NCBI GenBank assembly: GCA_011321845.1
Contig: DROQ01000134.1
Location: 10,891-74,890, forward strand
DNA length: 64,000 nt
Direction: 5' to 3'
Source of the DNA: Planctomycetota bacterium
GTDB lineage: Bacteria; Planctomycetota; UBA1135; GCA-002748355
Below are positions 43,381 to 53,600 of this stretch, one piece after another (within the stretch, counting starts at the first letter, position 1; each line of letters opens with the position of its first letter). The notes under the pieces are model-generated. The model searched no databases. It was given only the letters and a program-made list of their open reading frames with translations, and was not told the DNA's origin. The position numbers were made by a program, and so were the translations under genes.

Positions 43381-44901
43381 ATGGTGGATCAGTCGCTGCA
43401 TCTTGAATCAATCGGGGAAGTGCCGAAGGAAGTGAACTACGGGGTTCGGTACGCCCAACTTCATCGCGATATCGAGAAGGGATTGGAGTCCGAAAAGGTC
43501 TGGGAAGAGCTTTGCAGGATTTGTGTGCTCACCGATCGGATGGGGGAAGCAGTTTATGCCTTTCGGAAGGTGACCAGCCCTCATCTTGTAGAAACTTTGG
43601 CGATGATGTTGGCCAAAAAGGGCGTGCATGTGCATGGAACCGCGACGCCTTCGCCTTCCGTTGCGCCTTCTACGGATCCTGCTGTTTCCAGGCCGGCTCG
43701 TTCTCCGAAAAGGCGCAGTTCCATCGGAACCCCCAGGGGTTCTCAGAGGGGAGTCTCTGGGGCGCCCCGCCCGGCGGCCTCCCGTGGATCCGTGGGGGGG
43801 ACTCTCAGGACTCATAGGAATACCAGTAGCAGGCGGTCCATGGGGCAGCCCGGGGTTCGGAGTCACGCCTCCTCTCAGGCCCCTGTGGGGGAAGTTCCCG
43901 AAACTCTAGGGGAAAGGGTGCAGGACGCGTTCCAATACCTTTTCCTGGATTCCATGCCTGTGTCGCTGACTTTGCTGACCCTGGCCTTCCCCCTGGCTGC
44001 CGCGGTGGGGATGCTCTTGCCCCCGGTGGGCTGGGGGCCTCTGGACACGGTCTTGAAAAACTTGCCCTTTTTGGCCGCCCTGCTGGTTTTGACCAAGGCG
44101 GCTTCGGCCATTCATCAAGCCTCGATCCAGGGTGAGGAGGATCCTCCGAGATTGTTCGAAGGGTTTCCGATGAAGGGGCTGCGGGTCTTTGGGAACTCCC
44201 TCTTTCTTGTGGGCCTGTTTTTGGGGCCGGGGGCGGTCTCGCTTTTGGCGGGGCTCCCTGCCTCCGTCTGGATGAGTCTGGGTGCGGGAGGGCTCTTTCT
44301 CCTTCCAGCTGCCTTTCTTTGCCTTTCGATGACCGAGAGGCTCGAGAATGTCTTCTCCCACCGTCTCCTAGTGGTTCCCTTCGCGAAACCCAGTGAATAC
44401 TTCCAGCTTTCTCTGACCTTCTTGGTGGGTGCTGGGATCCCCGGCCTGATCCTGGCGTTGCTCTCAGGTCTGCCTTCGTACGTGGGGCCGGCCCTGCTGG
44501 GACCGCTCTTCGTAGTTCCGGCGATCGCCCTTGCGCGGTTTTCGGGCCACTTCATCTACGCGAACCTTGCCGACCTCCAGCGAGCCTTCGGGATCGAGCC
44601 GAAGTCCGCGCTGCGCCGGGTTCGCAAGCGGGCTCCATCGAGGCCCCGGGTGCGGGCTCTTCCCTCCTGGGATCAGCAGGCCGCGCCTCGGCTGAAGGGG
44701 ACCGCTCCCGCTCACCGCAGGATCAGCACTCCAGGACCCAAGGCCGCGCCCGCCCCGGTGACCCGCAAAGCCGCGCCCCCCGCCCAGGGGTCCAAGCCTC
44801 AACCCGCGCGCAAGCAGGTTCGTGGCCGCCAGGCAGCACGGAAATCCCGGACTCGCGAGCCGGGCATGATCGGCAACCACAAGCACACACCTCTGCGCTG
44901 A
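43381..44901 (+). CDS. Hypothetical membrane protein with disordered Ser/Arg/Pro-rich linker and basic C-terminal tail
   Basis: AAAAGGGGGG precedes the ATG at 43381. About 6 hydrophobic segments lie between roughly aa 200 and 420. The tail is Arg/Lys/Pro-rich. The upstream part of the track ORF (from 43243) is optional. Confidence 0.6.
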   Translation: MVDQSLHLESIGEVPKEVNYGVRYAQLHRDIEKGLESEKVWEELCRICVLTDRMGEAVYAFRKVTSPHLVETLAMMLAKKGVHVHGTATPSPSVAPSTDPAVSRPARSPKRRSSIGTPRGSQRGVSGAPRPAASRGSVGGTLRTHRNTSSRRSMGQPGVRSHASSQAPVGEVPETLGERVQDAFQYLFLDSMPVSLTLLTLAFPLAAAVGMLLPPVGWGPLDTVLKNLPFLAALLVLTKAASAIHQASIQGEEDPPRLFEGFPMKGLRVFGNSLFLVGLFLGPGAVSLLAGLPASVWMSLGAGGLFLLPAAFLCLSMTERLENVFSHRLLVVPFAKPSEYFQLSLTFLVGAGIPGLILALLSGLPSYVGPALLGPLFVVPAIALARFSGHFIYANLADLQRAFGIEPKSALRRVRKRAPSRPRVRALPSWDQQAAPRLKGTAPAHRRISTPGPKAAPAPVTRKAAPPAQGSKPQPARKQVRGRQAARKSRTREPGMIGNHKHTPLR

Positions 44902-44936
44902 CCCAGGGATTGGGGCCTGGCAAAAAACCAACCAAG

Positions 44937-44970
44937 AAGCCTTTTCACTCTCCAGCGAAAAGGCTTTTTT
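44937..44970 (+). terminator. Rho-independent terminator
   Basis: AAGCCTTTTC (44937-46) pairs with GAAAAGGCTT (44957-66), followed by a T-run to 44970, 36 nt after the stop at 44901. A second GC hairpin, CCCGCGGC-CGGA-GCCGCGGG at 44980-44999, faces the convergent gene. Confidence 0.75.
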
Positions 44971-45030
44971 CCTAAGGTTCCCGCGGCCGGAGCCGCGGGC
45001 TTTACCGCAGGGATTCAGGGAGGATCGTGC

Positions 45031-45441
45031 TTACCTGCCTTCTCCGGTTTCGGCGTCGCCCTTTTCCGGCTGCTCGTCGAAGAAGGTGCCCTGGTAGATC
45101 TGCAGGGGCTCGATCTTGGGGCCATTGGGGTTCAGTTCCGCCAGGCCATAGAAAGGCGTGGCGACAAAATCCAGCGCGTGCAGGGCGCAGGAAATCGTGT
45201 GATCGAAGAGGCGGTAGGTAAAGGTGAAGGGGAAGAAGACGACCTGGGTCGCGTCTCCGCTTTCGAAGCCCTTCTGAATGTTCGCGGCGTCCGCCGCCCC
45301 ATCCGTTCCTGCGCCATAGAGAATGATCCCGGGGGATGCCACGGTGATCAGGAGATCCTTCCCTGCTCTGCGAGCAGTGCCGCAGCTAGCGGCCATCATC
45401 AGGAACGAGCCAAGAAGGGCGAAAAGGAGATGCTTCTTCAT
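45031..45441 (-). CDS. Hypothetical lipoprotein (136 aa)
   Basis: The ATG at 45441 gives MKKHLLFALLGSFLMMAASC-G (lipobox). The upstream part of the track ORF is non-signal sequence. Confidence 0.65.
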   Translation of the reverse strand: MKKHLLFALLGSFLMMAASCGTARRAGKDLLITVASPGIILYGAGTDGAADAANIQKGFESGDATQVVFFPFTFTYRLFDHTISCALHALDFVATPFYGLAELNPNGPKIEPLQIYQGTFFDEQPEKGDAETGEGR

Positions 45442-45666
45442 TTCCGTGAAACCTGCGATCTCAGAAGACTTCCCACGACAAGGGTTCCAGGCGAGATAAA
45501 CCCGGCACAAACCCTCAGGGGACAAATGGACTTGTCTCGACACCGGATGAGTCCTTAGTAGCGGCATCATCCAGGTTTACGAGGGGGGCGACCCATCTCC
45601 GATGGATGGGAGGACCCATTCTTGACAAGAGCCGGGCTCCTGCCAAGGACTTTTTTTCCAGGAGGC

Positions 45667-47037
45667 CTAGTCTCCTGCCGTCACGACACTTACCTTGGCC
45701 TCGATTTTCTCCTTCCGGATCAGGGCGGGCCAGTAGCCAATGATCTCCTGGGCCTTGGGGCGGCCCCCCGCGAAGCCCGTGACTCCGGGGGGGCCCGAAG
45801 TGACGAGAGGCACGATTTCCATGCCAAAGCGGTCCACCTTGGCCCGATCCGGCCCCCTGACTCCCATGCGCAGGACGACCTCGGGGGGCTGTTCCACCGT
45901 GGGCCAGATCCCTTCGAAGCAGACAGAGGTCCCGAGGAATTCGACGAGACGCTGGTCCTCATCAAAGGTGACGCCATCGCTGGCGAGGCGCTCCCAGACG
46001 ATCTGGGCCGAGAGCCTGGCTTTTTCCAGGGCGTCGGGACCGGAGACCGTGAGTTGTCCAAGGGCCTTGTATCCGTCGCGGTAGGAGATGGAGACCTTGT
46101 AGAAGGGGGTCGCGGGTTTGCCTTTGACACCGGAAACGGCGACGCGGTTTTCCCCTTCCTGGCTCAATTGAATGGTCGTGAAGTCGGCGACCACCTCGGG
46201 GCCGATGTAATCGTTGGGGTCACCCATTTCGTAGACCAGCTGGCTCCGCACCGTGTCCAGGTCCACGAGGCCACCGGTTCCCTCGTGTTTCGTGACGACA
46301 AAGTTGCCATCGGGCCGGGCTTCGATCACGGGATAGCCGACCCGGGCCAGGTTGGGAATCCTTCGCCAATCACTGAAATTGCCCCCGGTGCATTGGGCAC
46401 CGCACTCCACGATGTGCCCTGCGACCGTTCCGGCCGCCAGCTTGTCCAGGTCCTCGAAGGTCCAGCCGAATTCATGGATCATCGGGGCCAGGACCAGGGA
46501 GGGGTCGGTCAACCTGCCGCCCACGATGATCTGCGCACCCTGCTTCAGGCACTCGACGATGGGGGCCGCGCCCAGGTAGACGTTGGCGCTCAGGATCCGG
46601 TCTCGGACGGTTTCCAGGGGTTCGCCACTGTCCATGTTGCGGAGTTCCTCGCCCCCGCTCATGAGCGCGTCCAGGTCGGCGAGGATGTCATCTCCCTCGA
46701 TCATCCCGATCTTGAGATCGGCCATTCCTTTCTGTTTCGCCAGTTCCTGGATGGCCGCGACGCAGGCCTGGGGGTTGACCCCGCCCGCGTTGGCGATGAC
46801 TTTGACTCCTTTTTCGACGATTTCGGGGAGGAGCCGGTCGAGCATGCGCACAAAGTCAGTGGCGTAGCCCGCATCGGGCCGGCGGCTCTTCTGCTTTTGC
46901 ATGATGCTCATGGTGACTTCGGCCAGATAGTCGAGGGTCAGATAGTCGAGCGGGCCTTCGCGAAGGAGGCGGATGGGGCCGAGGATCGAATCCCCCCAAA
47001 ACCCTTGTCCGTTGGCGATGCGTACGAGCTTTTTCAT
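45667..47037 (-). CDS. AtuA-like protein (DUF1446, acyclic terpene utilisation family)
   Basis: The ATG at 47037 gives MKKLVRIANGQGFWGDS...LDYLTLDYLAEVTMSIM...GYATDF...KVIANAGGVNP...IGMIEGDD, the characteristic DUF1446 N-terminal pattern. Confidence 0.8.
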   Translation of the reverse strand: MKKLVRIANGQGFWGDSILGPIRLLREGPLDYLTLDYLAEVTMSIMQKQKSRRPDAGYATDFVRMLDRLLPEIVEKGVKVIANAGGVNPQACVAAIQELAKQKGMADLKIGMIEGDDILADLDALMSGGEELRNMDSGEPLETVRDRILSANVYLGAAPIVECLKQGAQIIVGGRLTDPSLVLAPMIHEFGWTFEDLDKLAAGTVAGHIVECGAQCTGGNFSDWRRIPNLARVGYPVIEARPDGNFVVTKHEGTGGLVDLDTVRSQLVYEMGDPNDYIGPEVVADFTTIQLSQEGENRVAVSGVKGKPATPFYKVSISYRDGYKALGQLTVSGPDALEKARLSAQIVWERLASDGVTFDEDQRLVEFLGTSVCFEGIWPTVEQPPEVVLRMGVRGPDRAKVDRFGMEIVPLVTSGPPGVTGFAGGRPKAQEIIGYWPALIRKEKIEAKVSVVTAGD

Positions 47038-47272
47038 TTGGCGTCTCCAGTGCCTGGTGTCAGCCTCGGATTGAACACCATTGGAGGCGGGGGGACAATG
47101 CGGTTCTTGATGGGTGTGGGGGAAAAAGCGCTTGTTGGGCGATCCGCTTTCGCGGGTTCCCGGGCCATCGCGGATGTTTCCCGCCCTTGCGGGATTGGCC
47201 GAGCGGAGAAAGGGAGGACCCTGGCGGAAAGGGGAGAACGGCCAAGGTGGGGCGGCTCCGCCCAACAGGCAG

Positions 47273-48856
47273 TCAGGAGCTGGGTTGAACCCGGGGCTTG
47301 GTCCGCTTTCCGAAGCGGAGCTTGTTTTTGATCCAGATCCAGGACTTGCGCTTGAGCTCGATCAAGAAGGTTTCCATCTTCCGGGTTTCTTTACCGCGGA
47401 GGACATTCCAGGTCAGGGTGAAAACCCGCCAGGGGTGGGTCAGCATGGAGACGGCGTAGAAGTTGAGGAGGATCTTATATTTCCAGGCTGTCAGCTCCTT
47501 GGCGCTCAAGTGGTCGCAGTAATTGTTGCGCTCTTCGAGCTTCTCGTCGTTGGCGAAGATGGGGGTGAGGAGGAACTTGTCCGAGAGGTCGATTCTTCCC
47601 TGTTCCATGAGTTCCCGGTAGAGCTGGGTGTTGGGGATGGGGAAGAAGAAGCCGATGGCCACGTCGTCGATGCCGGCGCGCCCCAGCTTGCGGGCCAGGC
47701 GCGCGGTCTCCTTGAGGTCTTCCTTGGTGTCGTGGGGAAAGCCGATGACGATGAAGGCCGTGATGTTGAGCTTGTGCTTGACCGACGCGCGGACCGCCCG
47801 CATCAGGGAGTCTTCCTTCATCTGCTTGCGGATGAGTTTGCGGGTGCGCTCGCTTCCGCTTTCGGGAGCGAAGGCCAGGGAGCGTCCGTTCGTGAGGTGC
47901 AGGAGGCGGGCGACCTCGTCGTCGATGACTTCGCAGCGGGTTCCCGAGGGGAACTGCCAGGAGATCTTGAGGTTCCGTTTGAGGATCTCGTTGCAGAACT
48001 CGATGATCCAGGGCTTTTTCAGGATGGCAGTAAGGTCCTGGAAGGGGAAGTTGGTCGCCCCGTACTCCTTGACGTAGAACTCGATCTCATCGACCACGTT
48101 GGAAGGGGTCCGGGCATACCAGCGGGTGGTCCACATGCCGGGGTTGGAGCAGTAGGTGCACTGGTAGGGACAGCCCCTCGTCGCGAGAATGGGGATGGTT
48201 TTCCCCATGTTCAGGCCATTGATGAGGTCGTATTTGTTGTAGGTCTCGATGTCGAAGAGGTCCCAGGCGGGCCAGGGGATGTCGTCCAGATCCTTGCGGC
48301 GGACACGCCTTTCGTTGCGGATGGGTTTGCCCTCGGGGTGGCCCCCTTCCCGGTAGCAGACACTCTTGATCCCGGGGAATTCCCGCTGCCCCTTTTCGAG
48401 AGCGTCGAAGAGCTCGACCGCAGCCTCTTCCCCCTCCCCCAGAATGATGGCATCGATGGGAGCCTGTTCCATGGAAAGCTCCGGGAGCCCCGAAAAATGC
48501 TCTCCACCGCAGATGATGGGGAGGTCGGGGTGGTCCCTGCGAATCTGCTGGATGATGCGCCGGACCAGGGGCCAACTGAAGGACCAGAGGTTGGTGATCG
48601 CCACAGCTTCGGTCTCGGGTCGGATCCTGGCGCTGATCTCCTGAGGAGAGAGCCCGAGCCGGAAAATGGATTTGTCCAATTCGTCCTGGACCACTTCTTC
48701 GGGGGCTTCGGCCACGGCATCGATGACACTGAGCTTATGCCCTGCCTCGCGGAGGCTCCCCGCGATATAGGCCAGCCCCAGCGGCAGGGCCGGCCTGAGG
48801 GCGGTCATTGCGTGGACGTTGAGATAGACCGGTGGATGGATCAGTTGGATGTTCAT
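47273..48856 (-). CDS. B12-binding-domain radical SAM protein
   Basis: The ATG at 48856 gives MNIQLIHPP...LGLAYIAGSLREAGHKLSVID (B12-binding-like Rossmann). ATRGCPYQCTYCS (CxxxCxxC). FPHDTKEDL region. Confidence 0.85.
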   Translation of the reverse strand: MNIQLIHPPVYLNVHAMTALRPALPLGLAYIAGSLREAGHKLSVIDAVAEAPEEVVQDELDKSIFRLGLSPQEISARIRPETEAVAITNLWSFSWPLVRRIIQQIRRDHPDLPIICGGEHFSGLPELSMEQAPIDAIILGEGEEAAVELFDALEKGQREFPGIKSVCYREGGHPEGKPIRNERRVRRKDLDDIPWPAWDLFDIETYNKYDLINGLNMGKTIPILATRGCPYQCTYCSNPGMWTTRWYARTPSNVVDEIEFYVKEYGATNFPFQDLTAILKKPWIIEFCNEILKRNLKISWQFPSGTRCEVIDDEVARLLHLTNGRSLAFAPESGSERTRKLIRKQMKEDSLMRAVRASVKHKLNITAFIVIGFPHDTKEDLKETARLARKLGRAGIDDVAIGFFFPIPNTQLYRELMEQGRIDLSDKFLLTPIFANDEKLEERNNYCDHLSAKELTAWKYKILLNFYAVSMLTHPWRVFTLTWNVLRGKETRKMETFLIELKRKSWIWIKNKLRFGKRTKPRVQPSS

Positions 48857-48875
48857 CGAGTCGTGGAAGAGAGGT

Positions 48876-48976
48876 GCGGAACGCTTCCGTGCAGCATGCT
48901 CTTGCGAAGAACGTTCTTGGGAAGAACCTTCCTGCGCAGAACCTTTCTGCACGGAAACTTTGCAGAACCTTTCTAC
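48876..48976 (-). promoter_or_regulatory. Array of ~7 tandem 13-15-bp dyad-containing repeats in the leader of the radical SAM gene
   Basis: Plus-strand units: GCGGAACGCTTCCGT, GCAGCATGCTCTTGC, GAAGAACGTTCTTGG, GAAGAACCTTCCTGC, GCAGAACCTTTCTGC, ACGGAAACTTTGC, AGAACCTTTCTAC. The array lies 20-120 nt upstream of the ATG at 48856. Confidence 0.6.
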
Positions 48977-49112
48977 GCCGAACCCAGCCGGTTCCGCGCA
49001 GAGGTTGTGACCATGGAGGGCCTGAAGCACTCATTCCCCCCACCCTGGGAGTATACCGGGGTCCTCCCTTCGCGGCAGAGCTTAGAAGCTTTTCTTTCGA
49101 AAGATTTGCAAC

Positions 49113-50459
49113 TTACATTCGCTCGATGATGGCGTTCCCAAAGCCCGAACAGCTCAACTCCTCGATGTCTTCCCGGCCTTCTCCTCGCATCAACCGGGCC
49201 AGGTCATAGGTGACCCTACCCTGCTGGATCGCCTCCGAGAGCCCCTTGCGGATCAGAATCGCCGCCTCGTTCCAGCCCAGGTGCTCCAGCATCATGACGG
49301 CGGAGAGGATCAGGGAGCCCGGATTGACCTTGTCCATGCCCGTGTATTTGGGGGCCGTGCCGTGGGTCGCTTCGAAAAGTCCCACAGTATCGGACATGTT
49401 CGCTCCCGGCCCCAGGCCCAGGCCTCCGACCAGGGCGATGGCCGCATCCGAAAGGTAGTCCCCGTTCAGGTTGGGGGTCGCGAGAACGCTGTATTCCCCA
49501 GGCCTGGTCTGGATCTGCTGGAAGATGGAGTCCGCAATCCGGTCCTTGATCAGGATTTTCCCATCGGGCACTTTGCCGTCGAACTCGTCCCAGACGCGTT
49601 TTTCGCTGATCGTCTGGTCCTTGAACTCCCGTTCGGCCAATTCGTAGCCCCATTTCGCAAAGGAACCCTCGGTGAACTTCATGATGTTCCCCTTGTGGAC
49701 CAGGGTGACCGAGGGGAGCCTCTGATCAATGGCCCATTGGATGGCCTTGCGGACCAGGCGTTCGGTTCCGAAGAGGGAGATGGGTTTGACTCCGATTCCC
49801 GAGTCGGGCCTGATTTCGCGACCGGTCTTGGCCTTGATCAGGTCGATGATCGCGAGAGCCATCTCGCTTCCACGCTCATAATCGAAGCCTGCGTACACGT
49901 CCTCGGTGTTTTCGCGGAAGATGACGAAGTCCACCTGGTTCGCGAATTTGTTGGGTGCCGGGACCCCCTCGAAGTATTTGATGGGCCTTACACAGGCGAA
50001 GAGGTCGAGATACTGCCGGAAGCGGACATTGATGCTCCTGAAGCGGGGACAGACCGAATCGGTTTTTCCGCAGTTGTCGCATTTGCCCTCATGGTTCTGC
50101 TGGTGCGCGCAGTTGAGGCAGACATGGGTTTCTTCTCCGATGGGGGTGGTAAAGGGTCCCTTGATGGCCACCTTGAGATAGCGGATGGCCTCGACCGTCT
50201 CCTCGGGGAACTCGCTGCCATACTTCTGCAAGCCCTCGTAGCCCGCGTAGAGGGGGCACCAGGCGATGGCGCGGTCCCCGCCATAGGCTTTGTCGACGGC
50301 GGCGTTCACCACATTCTGCATCACGGGAGTGATATCGATCCCGATCCCATCGCCTCGCAAGACTCCGATGATGGGCTTGCTCCCAACCACCATCTTTCCA
50401 TCCCGGTATTCGATCAAATCGCCTTCGGGAATCGTTACTTTTTCGAATTTCATTTTCAT
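49113..50459 (-). CDS. icd: NADP-dependent isocitrate dehydrogenase (homodimeric type) carrying a Cys-rich insertion
   Basis: Collinear with E. coli-type Icd (GVLRGDGIGIDITP, TLVHKGNIMKFTEG, LNGDYLSDA, ATHGTAPKY, VNPGSLILSA). Extra segment EETHVCLNCAHQQNHEGKCDNCGKTDSVCPRF. Confidence 0.95.
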   Translation of the reverse strand: MKMKFEKVTIPEGDLIEYRDGKMVVGSKPIIGVLRGDGIGIDITPVMQNVVNAAVDKAYGGDRAIAWCPLYAGYEGLQKYGSEFPEETVEAIRYLKVAIKGPFTTPIGEETHVCLNCAHQQNHEGKCDNCGKTDSVCPRFRSINVRFRQYLDLFACVRPIKYFEGVPAPNKFANQVDFVIFRENTEDVYAGFDYERGSEMALAIIDLIKAKTGREIRPDSGIGVKPISLFGTERLVRKAIQWAIDQRLPSVTLVHKGNIMKFTEGSFAKWGYELAEREFKDQTISEKRVWDEFDGKVPDGKILIKDRIADSIFQQIQTRPGEYSVLATPNLNGDYLSDAAIALVGGLGLGPGANMSDTVGLFEATHGTAPKYTGMDKVNPGSLILSAVMMLEHLGWNEAAILIRKGLSEAIQQGRVTYDLARLMRGEGREDIEELSCSGFGNAIIERM

Positions 50460-50609
50460 CGTCCTCGGACTGGAAACCTAAACTGAGGCCAGAGCATAGG
50501 GCTTGGGAGGCCGAGTTACAGAGGGAGAGTGGAGCCATTCGGGGCGGATTGTCGCAAAAAGCCCCGAGGCCCTGGAGGCCCATGTCCCAGTTGAAGGAGA
50601 ATCGAGGTC

Positions 50610-53600
50610 TCAGTTTCCGAAAGCGCTGAAGACGCCGTTGCTCATCTCCCATTGAAGGGCTGGGAGGATGAGATACCAGGTCTGGTAGGCGATGCGGACC
50701 CCCTTGAGAGTGGGGGTGTTGGGGACCGGATAGTTCTGGGTCCAGGTGCCGGAGGCCGGGACCGGGAAGGTGGACAGGGGCATCCAGAAGGAGAGCAGGT
50801 TGATATAGCTCATGCAGCTTGCGCCGAGGGTTGGAAGGGGGATGGCGTTGGGGTCCACCTGGACTCCCTGGAGCTGAATGCCGATGGCGCGGGGCTTGGC
50901 GCCGGCCCCACGCAGGTTCATGGTCCCGCCGAGGATCGGATCGGTGCCGGCCAGGGTCGGGAAGCGGGTTGCCGAAGTGCTGCAGGGATGTCCGACGGGC
51001 TTGCTGTTGGCGCCGGGGAAGTATTTGAAAAGCTCGGCACCCTTGGTGGGATGCGTTGCCCGCATCAGGATCTGGCCCCTGGAGAGGGTCATGTAATCCG
51101 GTGCGCTGGAGGCTTTTCCGGGTCGAACTTCGGGGACGAGCACCGTTCCAGCCGAGGTCCCATCGGTTCTCCAAAGCTCGCTTCCTGAAGCGAGGTTGAA
51201 AGCCAGGAAGTAAACATAGCGCGATCCTAAGCGGGTGTACCGATAGGAATAGGTAGATTCCTTGCCCTTGGAGATGTCTTTTAAAAGATGGGTTCCTCCT
51301 GAAGTCCCATCCGAAACCCATATCTCATGACCGTTGATTCCATCATAGGCCCGGAAAAGGAGTTTGCCGTTCAGGGCGATGAGGTTGGTCGGGGCCGAAG
51401 TGAAGAATCCGGGGCGGATGTCTTTGACCATGCGGGTTCCAGCCGCTTTACCGTTGGAGACCCAGAGTTCTTTGCCATAAGTTCCCCCATCGGCGGTGAA
51501 AAAGAGCTTGTTTCCGACGGCGGTCAACTGGAGTGGATCCGAACCCCTGCTCCCGGGTCGGAGATCCTTGACCAGGGCGGTGCCCGAAGAGGTCCCGTCA
51601 GTGACCCACAGTTCGGACCCAAGGCCGGATTTATAGGCTCTGAAGTAGAGCTTGCCGCCCATGGCCGCGAAGGGCCCCGGGCTGGAACTGGAGGCGCCGG
51701 GGTTGATATCGGCGACCATCCTGGTTCCCGAGGCCGTCCCATCGGTGGCCCAAAGCTCGGATCCGTTGCTTCCATCGTTGGCTCGGAAATAGATCTTGCC
51801 CTTCCAAAAGTAGAAGCCGGCCGGATCGCTGGGGTTGGCACCCGAACGGATATCTTTGAGCATCCTGGTCCCAGCCGAAGTGCCATCGCTGATCCAGGGT
51901 TCCAAGCCATTCGTGCCGTCGGAGGCTTTGAAAAGGAGCCAGGATCCAAAGGCTGTGAGTTCGTCGGGAAAGGATCCCAAGGATCCGCTTCGAATGTCTT
52001 TGACCATCGCCGTCCCCGCGCGGCTCCCATTGGTGGCCCAAAGTTCGGTGCCGTTGAGTCCGTCATTCGCCCGGAAGAAGACTCGGTTTCCTGCCTGGGT
52101 GAGGTTACCGATTTTGGAGCCGAAAAAGCCCGGCCGGATGTCCTTGAGGAGGAAGGTCCCTGCGCTGGTCCCATTGGAGGTCCAGAGTTCGTCTCCCTTG
52201 ATCTCATCGTTGGCGACGAAGATGGTTTGATTGAATTTGTCAGTCAAGAAGGATGGATGAGAACTCCTGTTTCCATTGGTGGCAAGGTCCTTGAGGAGAG
52301 TCGTTCCCACAGTCGTACCATTGCTCACCCAAGGCTCCAACCCATGAGTGCCGTCATTGGCCCTGAGGTAGACTCTTCCAAAGCTGGTGAAGAGTTCAAA
52401 GGCGAGGGAACCCGTGCTCCCCGGACGAATGTTCTTGAGCAAACTGGTCCCCGCGCTGGTCCCATCCGTGATCCAAAGCTCAGTGCCGTTGGTTCCATCG
52501 TTTGCGGTAAAGAGCGCTTTTCCGGGTGCGAAGGCGGTGATCCAATCCGGATTGGAGCCGGCTTTCCCCGTTCGGATGTCCTTGACCAGGGTGGTTCCGG
52601 CTGCGGTGCCATCGCTGATCCACAGTTCCCTACCGCTGTTGGGATGGAAGGCCCGGAAGAGGAGCTTGGACCCAAAGGCTGCGAGTTTATGGGGGAGGGA
52701 TCCCAAGAGTCCGCTTCGGATGTCCTTGACCATTTTCGTTCCTGCGCTGGTTCCATCCGTGACCCAGAGTTCCAATCCATGGACTCCGTCATTTGCCTGG
52801 AAGTAGAGCTTGTTTCCCACGGTGGTCAGGAAACGGGGAGCCGAGTAAAGGGGGCCTGGTCGGATGTCCTTGACCAAGGTGGTCCCGGCTGCGGTGCCAT
52901 CGCTCACCCAGAGCTCAAAGCCTCTGACTCCATCTGTCGCTGCGAAGTAAACCTTGGAGCCCATGCGGGTCAAGTGAATGGGGTGAGAGCTGCCGGCACC
53001 CCCATCGATGTTCTTGATCATATAGGTTCCTTTGGCGGTGCCATCGGAGACCCAAAGTTCAAATCCATGGATGCCGTCGTCGGCACGGAAGATGATCTTG
53101 TTGCCCAATGCGGTAAAGTCTCCGGGGTAGGAAGGGTGGCTACCGGGGAAGATATCCTTGACTCTCCTGGTCCCGGCCCGAGTCCCATCGGAGACCCAAA
53201 GCTCGCGGCCGGAGATTTGATCGTCAGCCACGAAGAAGACTTTGTTTCCCGCAGAGGTGAGAATGTCGGGGTTGGAGTTCTTCGATCCCGGCCAGATGTC
53301 TTTCATCAGTTTTGTTCCGGCGGACGTTCCGTCCGAGATCCAGAGTTCGCGACCATGAGTCTTTTCAGAAGCGGAGAAGAGGATCTTGGAGCCCAACCTG
53401 GTCAAGTACAAGGGAGAAGAACCCATTCCCCCCTTCTGAATATCTTTGACAAGCACTGTGGACCGGGAGGATCCGACCGTTTTGAAGAGTTCGGTCCCTG
53501 TCGAAGGCGTCGAGGCTTGGAAATAGACGACGGGTCCCACCCTTGTCCAACCGGAGGGATAGGAAGAGGGATTGTTGATGGCCTGGGTGTTGATGTCCTT

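Noticed and set aside
48857-49030. 58-codon N-terminal extension of the radical SAM ORF, encoding pentapeptide-like repeats (QKGSAQEGSSQERSSQE)
   Set aside because: The extension is a translation of the 15-bp DNA repeat array. The family-typical start MNIQLIHPP begins at 48856. I treat it as leader sequence, with some residual uncertainty.
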